NCBI RefSeq assembly: GCF_001194135.2
Contig: NC_068988.1
Location: 53,055,240 to 53,119,239 of the forward strand
Source of the DNA: Octopus bimaculoides
Lineage: Eukaryota
Direction: 5' to 3'
DNA length: 64,000 bases
Below, piece after piece: positions 62,718 to 64,000 of the stretch. Made by a program: the position numbers and the translations under genes. The notes under the pieces were generated by a model. That model had not been told where the DNA came from. It was given only the letters and a program-made list of their open reading frames with translations, and did no database searches. The stretch's first letter is position 1. Every line of letters starts with the position of its first letter.

Positions 62718-64000
62718 GGGAACACTGACGGAGTCGGGGGCGTAGGAATACTTCTAGCAGAGAAATGGGTTGATAAGGTAATCGAGGTAGTTAGAGTATG
62801 TGACAGAGTACTTAAGATTAGACTAGTGCTTCATCATAGGCTAGCTACTGTCATCTCAGCTTATGCCCCTCAACCGGGGCTCCCGGATGGGCTGAAAGAC
62901 CAATTCTATGACACCCTCTTGCAAACTACCTCGTCGACAAGAGACAGAGACCTTCTCTTTGTGGCTGGTGACTTCAATGGTCATGTCGGACGTCGTGCTG
63001 GAGGCTTCCATGGCATACATGGAAGCTATGGCTTCGGTTCCCGCAACGAGGAGGGAACCAGACTGCTGGAGTTCTGTGATGCAANNNNNNNNNNNNNNNN
63101 NNNNNNNNNNNNNNNNNNNNNNNNNNNNNNNNNNNNNNNNNNNNNNNNNNNNNNNNNNNNNNNNNNNNNNNNNNNNNNNNNNNNNNNNNNNNNNNNNNNN
63201 NNNNNNNNNNNNNNNNNNNNNNNNNNNNNNNNNNNNNNNNNNNNNNNNNNNNNNNNNNNNNNNNNNNNNNNNNNNNNNNNNNNNNNNNNNNNNNNNNNNN
63301 NNNNNNNNNNNNNNNNNNNNNNNNNNNNNNNNNNNNNNNNNNNNNNNNNNNNNNNNNNNNNNNNNNNNNNNNNNNNNNNNNNNNNNNNNNNNNNNNNNNN
63401 NNNNNNNNNNNNNNNNNNNNNNNNNNNNNNNNNNNNNNNNNNNNNNNNNNNNNNNNNNNNNNNNNNNNNNNNNNNNNNNNNNNNNNNNNNNNNNNNNNNN
63501 NNNNNNNNNNNNNNNNNNNNNNNNNNNNNNNNNNNNNNNNNNNNNNNNNNNNNNNNNNNNNNNNNNNNNNNNNNNNNNNNNNNNNNNNNNNNNNNNNNNN
63601 NNNNNNNNNNNNNNNNNNNNNNNNNNNNNNNNNNNNNNNNNNNNNNNNNNNNNNNNNNNNNNNNNNNNNNNNNNNNNNNNNNNNNNNNNAGGGGATATAG
63701 CATCATACAACGTGGAAGACAATTGGAGATTTCTGCGGGACAACCTGTTGAGAGCCACAGACCAGATCTGTGGCTGGTGTAAAGTCCCCTCTCGACCCAG
63801 AGTAACGTGGTGGTGGAACAAGGATGTAGACGGGGCTATTAGGTATTTCGTGTTGCAAGACAGTGATGTTGTAGGAGAGAAATGTGTTCGCATGGATGAT
63901 GGTACGCTTGCACTAAATGAGGCTGCAAAGAAAGAGGTCTGGAGATGCCACTACGATAGATTGCTTAATATAGAGAATGAATGGGAGAAAGAGAGCCTGC
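62718..64000 (+). mobile_element. RTE-clade non-LTR retrotransposon ORF fragment (AP endonuclease and linker), 5'-truncated, gap inside
   Basis: GVGGVGILLAEKWVDKVIEV...ISAYAPQ...VAGDFNGHVG...GFGSRNEEGTRLLEFCDA is a typical RTE APE domain. After the gap it continues NWRFLRDNLLRATDQICGWCK...TWWWNKDV and EVWRCHYDRLLNIENEW. Confidence 0.92.

Overview
AT-rich, repeat-dense animal genomic DNA with 17 N-gaps. The SINE families, microsatellite load and repeat types strongly suggest an octopus genome (inference). Almost every ORF in the supplied track is a microsatellite or gap artefact. The clearest functional element is missed by the ORF track: an apparently intact U12 minor-spliceosomal snRNA gene on the minus strand (53798-53947), with Sm site, branch-point recognition sequence, compensatory stem changes and a 3' box-like signal. 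It lies in a CpG-retaining domain (~40.5-57 kb) between two CpG-depleted domains that look like methylated gene bodies. On the right is a plausible first coding exon of a plus-strand gene (61873-62060, MANMAFDIST...). On the left I find only weak candidate exons. The rest is mobile-element debris: modular tRNA-derived SINEs (my labels A, B, C, D, E), RTE and CR1-like LINE fragments, a cluster of R4/Dong-like fragments attached to (TAA)n tracts, a 3.4-kb Tigger/pogo fossil, and several foldback elements including a palindromic MITE with a (TTAGGG)n core. I found no CRISPR, rRNA or bona fide tRNA genes, and no convincing new protein-coding system.
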